Position numbers and translations under genes: made by a program
The notes under the pieces: generated by a model
What the model saw: only the letters and a program-made list of their open reading frames with translations
Told to the model about the DNA's origin: nothing
Databases searched by the model: none
Source of the DNA: Octopus bimaculoides
Taxonomy: Eukaryota
Assembly (NCBI RefSeq): GCF_001194135.2
Contig: NC_068998.1
Coordinates: 35,966,827-36,030,455 of the forward strand
Reading direction: 5' to 3'
DNA length: 63,629 nucleotides
Shown: positions 50,333-63,629 of the stretch, in pieces
Numbering within the stretch: position 1 is the stretch's first letter
Layout: every line of letters begins with the position of its first letter

Positions 50333-51038
50333 ATATATTTGATTAATAAATTCAAAAAAGGATAAAAATCTTTTACAAGAATTTTATCAGGAAGCCAGTG
50401 TGTAAAAAAATTAATTAGGGAAATTTCTATTCCCAAGAATATAATTATTCGTTTATATCTATATAAGGGGCATTACTACAGAATAATGCCACACACTGGA
50501 CTTCGCAAAATAGACACATTTAGTACTGAATGCGAGGAAAACAACTAATAGAAGAAGACCAACTTTCTTTTAAATAACTCAGCTATGTATCGACCGATTT
50601 CACGATTACTAGAATGAATCTAGATTTTGCTCATCAGCATACTATTGTTCAAAAAAAAATATATAAATAAACAGAATTCTCACCTCACCAAAAGCGAACA
50701 CTCTACGTATCCGACAAAGCAAAAGGAATGAAGTTTATCTGTATATATCTTCATCAAAGAAGCGGGAATACTTCTGGGTTGTTTTTGGTACACATGTGGA
50801 GACAGGAATAAAAATTCAGCGTTGAATATATTCCGTGTATATATTTGATTAATAAATTCAAAAAAGGATATTCTAGTAATCGCGAAATCGGTCGATACAT
50901 AGTTGAGTTATTTAAAAGAAAGTTGGTCTTTTTCTGTTGGTTGTTTTCCTCGCATTCGGTACTAAATGTGTCTATTTTGGGAAGTCCAATGTGTGGCATT
51001 ATTCTGTAGTAATGCCCCTTATATAAATATAAACGAAT
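50333..51038. repeat. Composite repeat: 32-bp direct repeat plus 169-bp inverted repeat, probably a Penelope-like pseudo-LTR inversion
   Basis: Inverted arms 50447-50615 and 50870-51038 with 9 mismatches. Direct repeat at 50333-50364 and 50839-50870. A related sequence lies at about 2915-3070. The PLE assignment is inference. Confidence 0.75.
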
Positions 51039-52983
51039 ATATATATATATATATATCATTAATTAAATATATTCTGTGAGAATATTATACACTTAATTTA
51101 TAATGAGTGCTCTTTGTATGAAGTGTCAAAAATACTAATACTATAAAGTATTTAGGCATTTAACACGAGCGATTCTATATTCTGTATTTTAAAATAATAG
51201 CATGAAATTTAATATCAAAAAAATTCCTCATGAAAATATATGTGTCTAAAATAGTATTGTATTAAAAATATATGTAAATATATGAAACATGACAGTATAA
51301 AAGCTTGTTAATTAATGCATCTTATGATCGTTTCAAGAAAGTATTGTCATTGTAATGGAATCCATTGTTGATACACATTGATGTATAATACTTCCACTCA
51401 TCAGAGATGGAGAAGATAAAGTTTTTATATATCGAATGTTATTTTAAAAATCAGAAAAATATATGAAAAAGTATTTACGAAGAATAAATTAAAATTTACT
51501 GGTTTTGATTAAGATATATANNNNNNNNNNNNNNNNNNNNNNNNNNNNNNNNNNNNNNNNNNNNNNNNNNNNNNNNNNNNNNNNNTATATATATATATAT
51601 ATATATATATGATGGGGTTTTTCAGTTTCTGTCTACCAAATCCACTCACAAGGCTTTGGTTGGCCCAAGGCTATAGTAGAAGACACTTGCCCAAGGTGCC
51701 ACACAGTGAGGCTGAACTCAGAACCATGTGGTTGAGAAGCAAGCTTGTTACCTCACGGCCATGACTGCATATAAAGGGATGGAGCTATACTTGAACATTG
51801 TCATCACCCACTCAATATAACACATTTGAAAGAAAAGCTGCTCCCCCCAACACACACATACAAGGATAGAAATCTACTGATATATATATGCTACACATGT
51901 CAGTGTGTTGTGATGCCATCTTCATTTTATGACCTGATTTTGTTTTGATGAAAAAGTCTTTTGTTTCTCTAAGCAGCAAATGCTAAAAATAGATAACTTT
52001 TGTCTAGTCTGCTGTGCCTTTTCTGTCTGCTGAAGGGAAACCAGAAACAATAATAGAATTTCTCAATTCTCATTGCAACCTTTTGGTATTTTTGTTAACC
52101 TGGTTTTGTCATGTGTTTTAGAACTCATCCATGTTGATCGCTTAAGCTTCCATTTTAACAATGTTCTTTGATTGGAACTATTAGGAACAATAACAATAAA
52201 TGTTTAAGGCCATTTATGCTTGTCAGAGTAATAGTAAGTCTTTTGGGCTCCAGAACAGTAAAGTACTAGTCAAGCATTGAAGTTGATATAATTAATAAGC
52301 CCATTCTCCCAAAAATTTCAAGTCTTGTGCCGATCTATATTAGAAAGGAATATTTTACAAAGGATGATCTTCCTGTTGCTACCCCTTTTAGTCAACTCTT
52401 ATGCAATGCAAGGATTTTGTATAGCTATTTTGAGACTCAGATATACACATGCTATTATGTTTAGCTTTAGGTAACTGTTGGCTATTTGCAGACCAGTGAA
52501 AAGCTGGTAAAAGACCTAAGAAAGATGTGAAATGTAGGTCCCATTTCAGATATTTCATTAAGCATTTTAGTTAATCAGTATTTAATACATATGATTTATG
52601 TATGGGTAGATATAGTGTAGACAAAGTGTACTTGGTGTACATAAAAGTAATGGAATAGAATAAAGGCACTTGGATCATCATCATTTAATGCACACTTTTC
52701 CATGCTTGCATGGGTCAGATGGAATTTGTTGAGGCAGATGCCCTTCTTGTTACCAACCCTAATCTGTTTCCAGGCAAAGTAATATTTCCCTATGGCCAAA
52801 CTATTGTTTGTATGAAGGTAGTCCTCATTTACAATCATCACATAATATCAAGCTATGGACACCATTATCTCAATTCTGACACATTCTATAATAAAAATTG
52901 GGTGATAGAGATTCTTTTAAACTGGTGTCAATCTCTTAAAACTTTCCAGTACACATACACATGATATTAAGACAAAGATACAT

Positions 52984-53024
<41 letters not shown>

Positions 53025-53062
53025 CACGTGTGTGTGTGTGTGATGGGCTTTTTCAGTTTCCT

Positions 53063-53451
53063 GGAGTGGCTGTGTGGTAAGTAGCTTGCTTACCAACCAC
53101 ATTGTTCCGGGTTCAGTCCCACTGCGTGACACCTTGGGCAAGTGTCTTCTACTATAGCCTCGGGCCGACCAAAGCCTTGTGAGTGGATTTGGTAGACGGA
53201 AACTGAAAGAAGCCCGTCGTATATATGTATATATATGTGTGTGTGTGTGTGTGTTTGTGTTTGTTCCCCCAACATCGCTTGACAACCTATGCTGGTATGT
53301 TTACGTCCCCATAACTTAGCAGTTCGGCAAAAGGGACTGATAGAATAAGTACTTACTAGGCTTACAAAGAATAAGTCCTGGGGTCGATTTTCCCGACTAA
53401 AGATGGTGTTCCAGCATGGCCGCAGTCAAATGATTGAAACAAGTAAAAGAG
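53063..53451 (+). mobile_element. tRNA-derived SINE family A, best-preserved full-length copy
   Basis: A-box-like tggctgtgtggtaag, B-box-like ggttcagtccc, internal (TA/TG)n and a 3' gaaacaagtaaaagag end. Further copies lie at about 20990-21220, 28250-28360, 31790-31990, 32140-32550, 41043-41230, 51612-51770, 56475-56820, 58490-58875, 60430-60600, 60960-61180, 61540-61810 and 62150-62380. Confidence 0.9.
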
Positions 53452-54672
53452 TACCAAATCCACTAGGTCAACCTGCAATTTTTACAAAAAAATCAACATA
53501 GGATTTCACCCTTGGGCAAGAAGTTCCTTATGCTAATCAGCTCATGTGATCCACCATCTGCTCAGACCTGACTATCAGGTGCAGCTAATTACCTGTGACT
53601 TAAAATGTTACCATACTCACCATTTATGGCTCTATAACTAAAGATTAGTAAAATTTTGTCTGATTAAACTTCACTATCTCCACCACATAAATATATGCAA
53701 CTCCTCACCAAAATGTCATGTGCATATATAAGGTTAAGCAAAATCATTTTTGTTGAGGATGGCCATAAGACCAAAATATATCTGGAGTTGTCTCATGCAC
53801 TTAGCAAGAGAATTAAAATATTAGTCATGGCATAATTATTTCCTCACTGAATAGTTATTTCCTCCCTACATGATTGTTTCTGGTTAGCTTTTTTTAATGT
53901 TCCATGCTTTCAATATGTTAACATTAACTTAAATATTGTTTCTCATGCTGACGGTCTCTTTGTAATTCTCTCTCTCCCACTCTCCCTCTTTCTCTTTGTG
54001 AATTATTCTTTTCTGATATGACAAGCAATTCTCTCATTGTAAAAATACAACTCTGTTGCTGTTTGTGAAATTCTTTACTTTGTACATTATATAACTGTCT
54101 ACCTTTAAAACATTTAATGACAATATTCTTCTCTTCATTAAAGCTGACAACTTCTTACAAAAACCAAGTAACTCTTCATTATACACACATATAATATATA
54201 TGGTTAACCTATCACTAATAAAAAGTTCAGTACATGGGTAAAATATTATGTAACTGAAAACAATCTAGTTCACTCATAACCCTGTTCTGTTTTCCTACCT
54301 TTTCTCCTTAACTTCACTTGGATTCCATTCCTAGTACTGAAGAAATTCTATATGCAGTCTAGAAGCTATCAAATGACAAACCTATAAATACTTGAGGCAA
54401 TAAGAGAAACTCATTACAGTTGCTTAAACTACAAGAATAATGGTTAATTCTCTCCTCAAATTACACTGTATTGTCTTACAGAGATAGGATACATTGGATA
54501 ATGTCTTTTAGATGTAAAAAGACAAGATGGTCATGGTTAGATCATCTTTAATCATTGCTTTGAATTGGTGGGGATAACGTGGGTCTAAGCAACAATTAAA
54601 AGTGATGAACTTGTTTCTGTGCAAGACATGGTGGTCTTGTTTTACTAAAACTTCTTCATAAACCCTTGCATA

Positions 54673-54890
54673 AATATTGATTTCAAATTTTGACCTAAGG
54701 CCAGCAATTTTGGGAATAAAGGGTTAGTCGATTACATTGACCCCAGTACTCAAAAGGTACTTATTTTATCGACCCTGAAAGGATGAAAAGCAAAATCGAC
54801 CTCAGCGGAATTTGAAGTCAAAATGTAAAGACAAACAAAATGCCACTGAGCATTTTGCCAGGCATACTTACAATTCTGCCAGCTCATTGC
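54673..54890 (-). mobile_element. SINE family B copy
   Basis: Reverse complement is colinear with 21896-22095. Confidence 0.75.
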
Positions 54891-57800
54891 TTTATAACCC
54901 TTACATAAATATTGAGTGTTCAACACTGCCTTCTTCTGAAGTAAAAGATGAAGTGAAGCAAGGTTATATGTCTGCACTAGCTTTTATTTATTAATTTTTT
55001 TTTGTTATTTAATTTCTGTTATTCTACATAATACATTTATAGGTTAGCTAGACAGAGTCCAAGACTATCGGAAATAAACATTAAAGTTTTTACACTGAGC
55101 TGATAAATTTGATGAACACTTTGGTTCCAGAATGTCAAAAGAAAAATATGCTCAAAAACAGCACCAAGTCTTGAACCATGAATGATATTAGAAAATCATA
55201 TCTTAGAAGTTGTCAATGAATTCTCATTTCTTATTTCTATTATTACATCTTATTCACTGACTTAGTAATGTATGTAAATTTAAAAGTTTCCGAGAGAATT
55301 TCTGAAAGGCAAAGCAAACAGCTTTTTCACCAACCACTGTAGGGTCTTAACAGACCTTAAATCTTCAGTTAAGTCTTTTTATTAATTATAAATCGTTAAG
55401 GCCTACCTCTTTCCCATCTCCTATTTCCCCTATATACTCCTTCAAACTGCACCCACCCTAATCCAACTGTCCCCTATTCATCTACTCTGAGGAGACTGAT
55501 ATTCATGCTCTTTCTCCTAAAGGTGTGTAACCACATAGCTCCTCTCTACCCTCTTCTCCTTTCTGTCCTCCACCCCATCCTCCATGACTTTTGTAGTCTT
55601 GTGAGCTGTATGGTGACTTCACTTGTGCTGGCAGTACAAAAACTCACCCAGTGCACTCTGTAAAGTGGTTGGCATTAGGAAGGGCATCCAGCCTTAGAAA
55701 CCTTGCCAAAGCAGACACTGGAGCATGATGCGGTCCTTAGACCCCCTCAGATCCTATCAAACCATCCAATCCATGCTAGCACAGAACATGGATGTTAAAT
55801 GATGATGATGATAAATAGAACATTAAGTTGATGAATTTGCAGAATGCCTTGCAAAATTCATTCCAGTTTCTGGTTTCAGAGATACAGTGCAGAGAACAAC
55901 CTTTGCAATTTTTAAGCTAATCATTTGAATTGTTCCAAAATATACTTGTTTTCCATGCTCAGTTGCATTATCTCTGCACAAATTGGGAGTATGGTGGCTA
56001 CAGATAAATGGTTGCAATTGAAGTGGCTATGCTCTTTTGTTGCTTGTAAATGTTGTATATAATTTATATCAATCATCTTAATCATTGAAATGCTGTACAC
56101 ACTCAAAAATACTTTGTTCCTTAATTAAAATGGTTTACCTTGTCCATATTTCCAGGTCAACTGAAATACAGACACACAATCAAACTGTGTGCTCTCTGTC
56201 ATGTTTTTTCCACTGGTGCTACAACAGTGGCCTGACAATTTACCATATCTTCTGTATTTTCTATAATATAACTACTACAGTGGTCTTTGCAACTCAGATT
56301 TGTTAAGTGCTGATTCTATATCACCTGACTCAGTGCATCATTCTTACATTCAACTTCAGCACCCCCAACACCTTTGATGTGTCTCATCACACTGCGATGT
56401 GTGCGTTGATGATAAATTCTTGAAAGGTGGGTTTCAGTCAATTCCAGAGAAAGGTTGGGTAAAATATATAGGCACAGGCATGGTTGTGTGGTAAGAAGTT
56501 TGCTTTTCAGCCATATGGTCCTGGTTGGCAAATATCTTCAATTATAGCCCAGGGCTGGCCAAATCGTTATGAGTGGATTTGGTAGACAGGATCTGAAAGA
56601 AGCCTGCCATGAGTGTATGTGTGTTTGTTCCCACAACTACTTGACAATGGGTGTTGGTTTGATTACATGTCCATAACTTAGTGATTTGGTAAAAGGGCCT
56701 GACAGAATAAGTACTTTCTTTAAAATATATATATAAAAGTACTGGGATCAATTTGTTTGGTTAAATTCCTTCAAGTCGATGCTCCAGCATGGTTGCTGTC
56801 AAATGACCAAAATAAATATAAGATAGAAGATTTATAAGCATATACCCAACCCTTCTTTCCTAAAGAAAAGGGAAATGCTCTCTGAAATATCTCTTATGTT
56901 TTTATGTTTCTTTTCATCAAACCTCTAACTTAAGACCATTTAGAGCATACATTAATTGCACAAAAATCTCACCTAGATATTTATTCTTGTCTCTCAAATA
57001 TGATGGTGTGCAAAGGAAGGAGGATAGATGAAGACATGAGACCGCTAGCTATGAGCACTATGTCTCCTGTTCAAATTGACAGATTGTTTTAATTTTTCAG
57101 CATTACATTCTGTCATTCATTGACATAAATGACAAACATTGTTGGGAATTCAGTGTTGAGACTATGAAAAAAATTTAAGTGAGAAAGAGGACTTTTGAAA
57201 GGTTTCCTCTCATGCCTACTTTTCTTCCTCTCTCCCTCGTGTCCACGCCAGCATGTTTTAACAAAGCCAGTGCTTGCCATTTGAGTCATTTTATTGAAAA
57301 TTATTTTCTGACATTTTTTGAAGTATTGTTGATAAAAGAAAAAAGGTAAAATATAAATCATTTTTATCGGTAGAATTTCTCATTAAACAGTTGTAATTTT
57401 TTTAATATTTGTATTCAGAAGAAATATTATGTAAAGTAATAAATTTTCCAAAATAAGTTTTTGTTTATATTAGTGATTGTGAGGATTCTTTAAAGTCTGT
57501 GAATTAATTTGGGAAAGGTTTCTCATGGGATATTTAGTTTTATTGTGCTGTTTCTGTATGAAACTGCAATTTGTTTGTTTGTTTGTGTGTGTGTGTGTGT
57601 ATGTGTGTGTGTGTGTGTATGCATGTGTGGGCTATTTCACAAAAGGTGTGGACACTGTTACCTCAATTCTGACACATTCTATAATAAAAATTGTGTTATG
57701 AGAGATTCTTCTAAGCTGGTGTCAATTTCTTAAACCCTCTCAATACACACACACACACACACACACACATGTATTCATAGATATACTCACAGATGCACAT

Positions 57801-59804
57801 ATACATATGCACATATGCACTCTCACCTCCATATACATACATGCACACATACATATACCTGATACNNNNNNNNNNCATGCACACATACATATACCTGATA
57901 CATATATACTTACATACACATACACTCACACGTGCATACATACATACATACATACATACATACATACATGCAAGTATGACTGTATGGTTAAGAAGTTCAC
58001 TTCACAACATTGTGGTTTTGAGTTCTATTGCATTGCATGGTATTCCATAAAAGCATCTTCTACCACAATCTAAGCTTGACCAAAGCATAGTGAATGAAAT
58101 ATCGCTTGACTGAAACCAAGTTGAAACATGTTAGTAGGACCATTCCTGTTCTTTGGTGCCAGTCATAATCTGATGCCAAGTCTAAGATCACCACTTGGCC
58201 CTTGACATCACTAGTTTTAATGGAATCCATTCCATTGCAAGCATTATTCAAGTCATGTTGCCAGACTGTGGATAACTTTCTATCTTCTACCCATCACTCA
58301 CAGAGGCCGTTAAAAGGATTGAGGTACTGACCTTTTACTCTGGCAAAAAAGGCAGTCTGATTTTGAGGAAAATTTTGCTACTATTTCTAACTGGCCATGG
58401 AACAGCATAGAAGCTTCCCATTGACTCAGTGTGCTGCATGGTTAACTGAGCATGTTGCTCTTTTTTTNNNNNNNNNNTATCTTCTATTTTTTTATCTTTT
58501 ACTTGTTTCAGTCATTAAACTGCAGCCATACTGGAGCACTGCCTTCAATAATTTTTAGTTGACCCCAGTACTTAGTTTTTCTTTTAAGGCTGACACTTAT
58601 TTTATTGGTCTATTTTGCCAAACCACTAAGTTACAGAGACATAAACACACCAACACCAGTTGTCAAGCAGTGGTAGGAGACAAACGCAAACACAGACACA
58701 CACATACACCTACATATATATACAATAGGTTTCTTTCAGTTTCTGTCTCCCAAATTCATTCACAAGGTTTTGCTTAATCCAAGGCTGTAATAGAAGACAC
58801 TTGCCCAAGGTACTACACAGTAGGAGTGAACCCAGAACTATGTGTCTGGGAAGCAAGCTTCTTACCACACAGCCTATTTTATTTATTTGGTGGATGATAA
58901 CTAGAACTGACAGAAGGTTGCCTTATGTAGTACCAGCCAAGTTATATTCAGTATCTCAGGACTTTTGCTATTGCAGTTTACAGTCAGCTCACAGAATTTC
59001 CAACTTTTGAGGCCATTAATGTTGTAACTATTTTGATGCGTTAATGAGGAACAGCAATGATCTTTAGAGTGATAGTGTACAGCAATAGCCCTCATATGAC
59101 CCTTGACAGGGTTATATGACATTTTGTCATTGAAGTTTATGTGCAATAAATTGGTTATACTTGTACAATACACAAAATACAATTCCCAGTAATATTCAAT
59201 TATGTAAGTATAATGGGATTTTTAAAAACATTGAATGGCTATGGGGGTCTGGTTGAGTAAAACAGTAATCAAAAGAGCCCACAGGTTGAGAGCCACTGAT
59301 GTACGGAATGGGAGAAACAGTCAATTTAGAGCAGTAGTATAATGGTATCATTCTGTGTTGCTGTCTGCATTTGACTGATACGTGAGAGAGTGAATTCAGT
59401 TTTATGGAGTTATGTGCACTGGTGTGTCTCAGTGAGAAAAACAGTGATGTTTGGGAGTGATAGCATAGTGCTGATGCGATTGTGTTACTGTGTTTCAATG
59501 AAGCATGAAAAGACAATGAGTTCTAGTGATGGTGAGGGTTGAGGTTGCATTACTATCTCTGAATAAACTAGGAGAAACAAGCTTATAGTGGGACTTCCAA
59601 AATGAGATTGAGAAAGTATTAATATAAAACTTGTCTCTGTAACATTGTTGTGTCTAAATCAGCTGACAACAGTAGTGATTTTCAGAATGACAGACTAGTA
59701 GTAATAGTGGTGTTTTGGTGGGTTGTCGTGTCCATATGTGATGGCAGACTGATTTTTAAAAGACAGTTTATGTTTCAAAATGAAACAGTAAAAGAAAATA
59801 ACTA

Positions 59805-60172
59805 CAGTGATACCTCCCAATATGAGTTTAATTTGTTCCATGACCGAGCTCATCTTACGATTTACTCGTTTTACCAATCAGTTTTCGCCATTGAAATTAA
59901 CTAAAATATAATTAATCTGTTCCAGCCCTGCAAAACCACTCAAAAATAATCTTTTATGGGTTTTAAAACAGAAAAGGTGTAGTTACAAGTAAAATGACAA
60001 TGATAAAAAAAAGAGAATGCAAAAGAAATATGTGAACTGGTTTTATTAACTGAATTTTGTGTGCTCGTACTGCAGATTTCCGCTTATACTTCAAGACAAA
60101 AATTCACACAAGTCTCGGCTTGTACAGCAAATTACTCATACAATGGGGCACTTGTACTGCGAGGTTCTACTG
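59805..60172. mobile_element. pogo/Tigger-like MITE, 368 bp
   Basis: TA|CAGTGATACCTCCCAATATGAGT, and at the other end (reverse complement) TA|CAGTAGAACCTCGCAGTACAAGT. Confidence 0.7.
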
Positions 60173-63100
60173 TATTAGATTTTATGTGGTGAATGTCATA
60201 GAGAAATGGTAAGCTTTTAACAAGCTGAAAATGCGTGGTTTAGCAATCTAAACGGTACATTTTCAGCTTGTCAATGCAAGTTTATTTAGAAAAAGGTATG
60301 AATCAGGCAATTTACCTTGAGTAAAATAGTTGGTAGGCAGTAAACATTAATAAAGTAAACTGTTAACAAAAGGTATTACCACTACAAATATTTTCACAAT
60401 ACAGGATGTTTACTTATATGTCGGCACAGAAATGGCTGTATGGTTAAAATGCTAGCTCCCCAGCCACATGGTTGTGGGTAAAGACATTTTTGGGCAAATG
60501 TCTTCTACTATAGCCTTGTAAGTGGATTCAGTAAATGGAAACTGAAAGAAGCTTGTCATGTGTATGAGTGTGTGTGTGTATGCATGTGTGAGTATGTTTT
60601 TGTGTCGCCTTGGCTTGACAGCATATCATTATTATAAATGAATGTCATTCATCGCCAATTGACTGTGAAAACATGTCTGGTCATGGAGACAATAACTTTG
60701 TATGGAAACAAGGGTACTGGGCAACAGGAAGGGTATCTGGCTATAGAAAGTCTGCCTTAAACTCTCTCTGACCCACACAAACATGGAAAAGTGAGCATTA
60801 AAACGATGACAATGACGGATACTACATCAATTTCCATGTTCTGTATTTCAGTTTTTCCTTAGACTACCTGAAGTACCTCCTCAATAAATGCAGTGTATGT
60901 ATTTGGAAGGATTAAGAGTTCAGTGTTAAAAGACCTGTCAGTCCTCACTTTGGTCTGGTGAGTCTGTGTATGTCTTTGTGTTTGTTCTCTAACCATTGCT
61001 TGGCAACTGGTGTTAGTTTGTTTACATCCCTATAAATTAGTAGTTTAGTTAAAGAGGCTGAAATAAATAAGAACCAAGACTTAGAAAATAGGTACTGGAG
61101 TTGATTTATTCAACTAAACCATTCAAAGTAGTGCCCCAGCATGGCTGCAGTCCAACGACTGAAACAAGTAAAAGATAGATATGCCTGTGTGTGTGTGTGT
61201 ATAGGTTTTTGTGTGTATCTTCACAGTGACATCACTTGAATGATGGTGATGTGTTTATATCATGCATAAACAAAATTCAACAACTCTGTGGTTTGACATT
61301 AAAAGCATAGATTAAAGGAATTTGCTTGGAAAGAAGTAAGGGTTGGCATCAGAAAGGCTATCTGGCTATAGAATATTGCTCCAAGAAGTCTTGTTCAACC
61401 TGTGGGAAAAGTGGTGGTGGTGATATACTTTGGAGTTGAAAGGTAAGGAAAAATTAGGCTTGTCTAACATTGGAGTATTAGCCTTTTCTGAAATTATGTA
61501 TTGCATGTTATGCATTAAATTGGCATTTTTATATTGGTACAGGTGTAGCTGTGTAGTTAAGAAGTTTGCTTCCCAACCATGTAGATTTGTGTTCAGTCCC
61601 AGTGCATAGCACTTTTGACTGTGAAAACATGTCTGGTCATGGAGACAATAACTTTGTATGGAAACAGGGGTGCTGGGCAACAGGAAGGGCATCTGGCTAT
61701 AGAAAGTCTGCCTTAAACTCTCTCTGACCCACACAAACATGGAAAAGTGAGCATTAAAACGAGTGTATTTGGTAGATGAAAACTGAAAGAAGCTTGTCAT
61801 ATATATGTATGTGTGTGTGTATTTATGTATCGACTGATTATGCAAATGATCAGTTGGCTGGTTAAATAACTAATTATAAAGAAGTGAAATTGAACCAGTG
61901 CATGTGTTTACTATTGGTGTAATGATCTTCCAAAGATACAACAAAGTGTATATGTGTGCATATGTTTATGTGTACCCTTGACTAGATATCACACGTTTGT
62001 CGCAAATGAGCATCATCATCATACAAGCAAAGTTGTCTGTTTCCAATCTTCTGCAAAAAACATATCTAGCTATGAGAAAATATTACCTTGCTTTCTTTGA
62101 AACAGGTGAGGGTTGGCAACAGGGTAGGCATCCTACTGTAAAACATCATAAACACACCAACACCACTTGTCAAGCAGTGGTGGTGGGACAAACACAGACA
62201 TAAACACACACACACACACGATGGGCTTCTTTCAGTTTCTATCTACGAAATCCACACACAAGGCCTTGGTCAACCCAAGACTATAGTAGATGACACTTGC
62301 CCAAGGTGTCATGCAGTGGAACTGAATCTGGAACCATGTGGTTGGGAAGCAAACTTCTTAGCATGCAGCCATGCCTATGCCAGTGATGATGATAAATTGG
62401 AGATATTTACAGTTTTAGTCTGGATAAGTTAAGCCTACATTGTCTATTCAGAGGGGCATGGCCTTAGTATGAATACCACAACTTTTCAACTTACAATTCT
62501 ATCCTTTTAAAATTTAGGACATTTTAACATTGTCAAAAATAAAACCATTTTATTAACTTTCAACTTTTGATTTCTTTGCAGCAAAATGACCCTTCAACCC
62601 AGGATGACGATGTCGTTGAAGTAACAGAGAACAATTAAAGCTTCTACCATGATCCTCTTTTATGATACTGAAAATAATTAAAGGCTATCTTCTTATTCAA
62701 ATGTATCAAACAGATTAAAAACCTTATATTATTCTTTTATTCCTCCAATCAGCTATATAAGAATGTGTGTATGCTCTACTTTTATCTGACTTTAATCCAA
62801 CTAACATAATATCTTTATTTGCTATATTCATTTTAATAAAATTAAATCTTAATAAACTTCTTATGTCTATTGTTTTGTGTGCATATGCGAGGACAATCTT
62901 TTGAAAATAGTTGGTACTGTGGTAAATATTTTGATAAGCAATGCTAAGCATAATAATAAATGAAAATAGGCAAAGATGTGGATAATGTTGAAAAGCAATT
63001 TCATGCAGGATATCTATATATATAAAACTGAAAATGTCTGTATGTGTGCATCACAAAAACTCAAGAACTACCCAAATGATTTCATTAAAATTTTACACAT

Positions 63101-63337
63101 GCCTTACTTGGTCGATGCAGTGTCAAGGGCCAAAAACATTTTCAGCTTCTTGTGTCATGTGAGCCTGGACGGATGTCAAAACTGAAAGAATAACATCCAT
63201 ATAGTAATGTGAGATACTTTCAATTTAATACTTTCACTGTTAATACTGAAACTATTATCTCACATATATACATGCATACACATATATTATGTATATATAT
63301 ATATATATACATATTATGTATATATTTATATATATTA

Positions 63338-63379
<42 letters not shown>

Positions 63380-63452
63380 GTATATATAATTATGTATATA
63401 TATATTATGTGTATATATATATATATATATATACATATATTATACCCAATGA

Positions 63453-63629
63453 GGAGTCACACCCAATGACTGGTGTAGCAGCACCATAGTAAATTGCTAC
63501 AAAGGTAAAGGTGACGCTTTAGACACTAATAATTACAGAGGCATCAAGCTGTTAGATCAGGTTATGAAAGTTACGGAGAGGGTCATAGCCCAACTAATTA
63601 GGGAGCAAATCAATTTAGATGAGATGCAG
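63453..63629 (+). mobile_element. RTE LINE ORF fragment (start of RT domain), running off the window
   Basis: Open frame GVTPNDWCSSTIVNCYKGKGDALDTNNYRGIKLLDQVMKVTERVIAQLIREQINLDEMQ, matching the KGKGD...NYRGIKLL motif. Confidence 0.9.

Larger units (their letters stand above)
3124..58477. other. Assembly gaps (12 N-runs)
   Basis: N at 3124-3464, 5441-6234, 11894-12650, 18565-19096, 19815-19914, 33963-33972, 35154-35827, 45884-46750, 50020-50072, 51521-51585, 57866-57875 and 58468-58477. Confidence 0.98.

Noticed and set aside
57836-57905. Exact short duplication (catgcacacatacatatacctgatac) either side of a 10-N gap
   Set aside because: This is a typical contig-overlap scaffolding artefact.
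62724-62951. IMLVGLKSDK resembles a small-GTPase G4 motif
   Set aside because: There is no P-loop or DxxG upstream and stops follow directly. The context (W-RNKRII) fits a decayed L1/Tx1-type LINE end or chance equally well.
1-63629. CRISPR array, rRNA, true tRNA genes or prokaryotic operon-like systems
   Set aside because: There are no regularly spaced repeat-spacer units or rRNA-like sequence. The tRNA-like A/B boxes all belong to SINE heads, and the DNA is spliced eukaryotic sequence.

Overview
This is AT-rich, microsatellite-dense animal genomic DNA with 12 N-gaps. The repeat families suggest a coleoid cephalopod, most likely Octopus (inference from memory of those families). One host gene is clearly recognisable: cysteine dioxygenase (CDO) on the + strand, with two internal coding exons at 40081-40319 and 47587-47753. 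These retain the 3-His iron site, the Cys93/Tyr157 cross-link pair and Arg60, but carry D87S and S153T (human numbering). I could not find its first coding exon in the called sequence, and the last exon is only a candidate. Almost everything else is decayed mobile DNA: Helitrons, a Chapaev-3-like transposase, several mariner and DD37D transposases, hAT-, piggyBac- and Tigger-like MITEs, Ty3/Gypsy pieces, Penelope-like elements with truncated hammerhead-ribozyme cores, RTE, L2 and R4-like LINE fragments, and many tRNA-derived SINE copies. There is no rRNA, tRNA gene or CRISPR array. I found no convincing new multi-gene system. The most unusual observations are structural: hammerhead cores cut at rearrangement junctions, a MITE nested inside an inverted copy of its own family, a recent 148-bp templated insertion into a SINE, long inverted repeats that could form dsRNA, and an apparent CpG-depletion boundary near 21 kb. 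All calls are by eye. TE family names come from recalled motifs, not database searches, and coordinates of decayed repeats are approximate.
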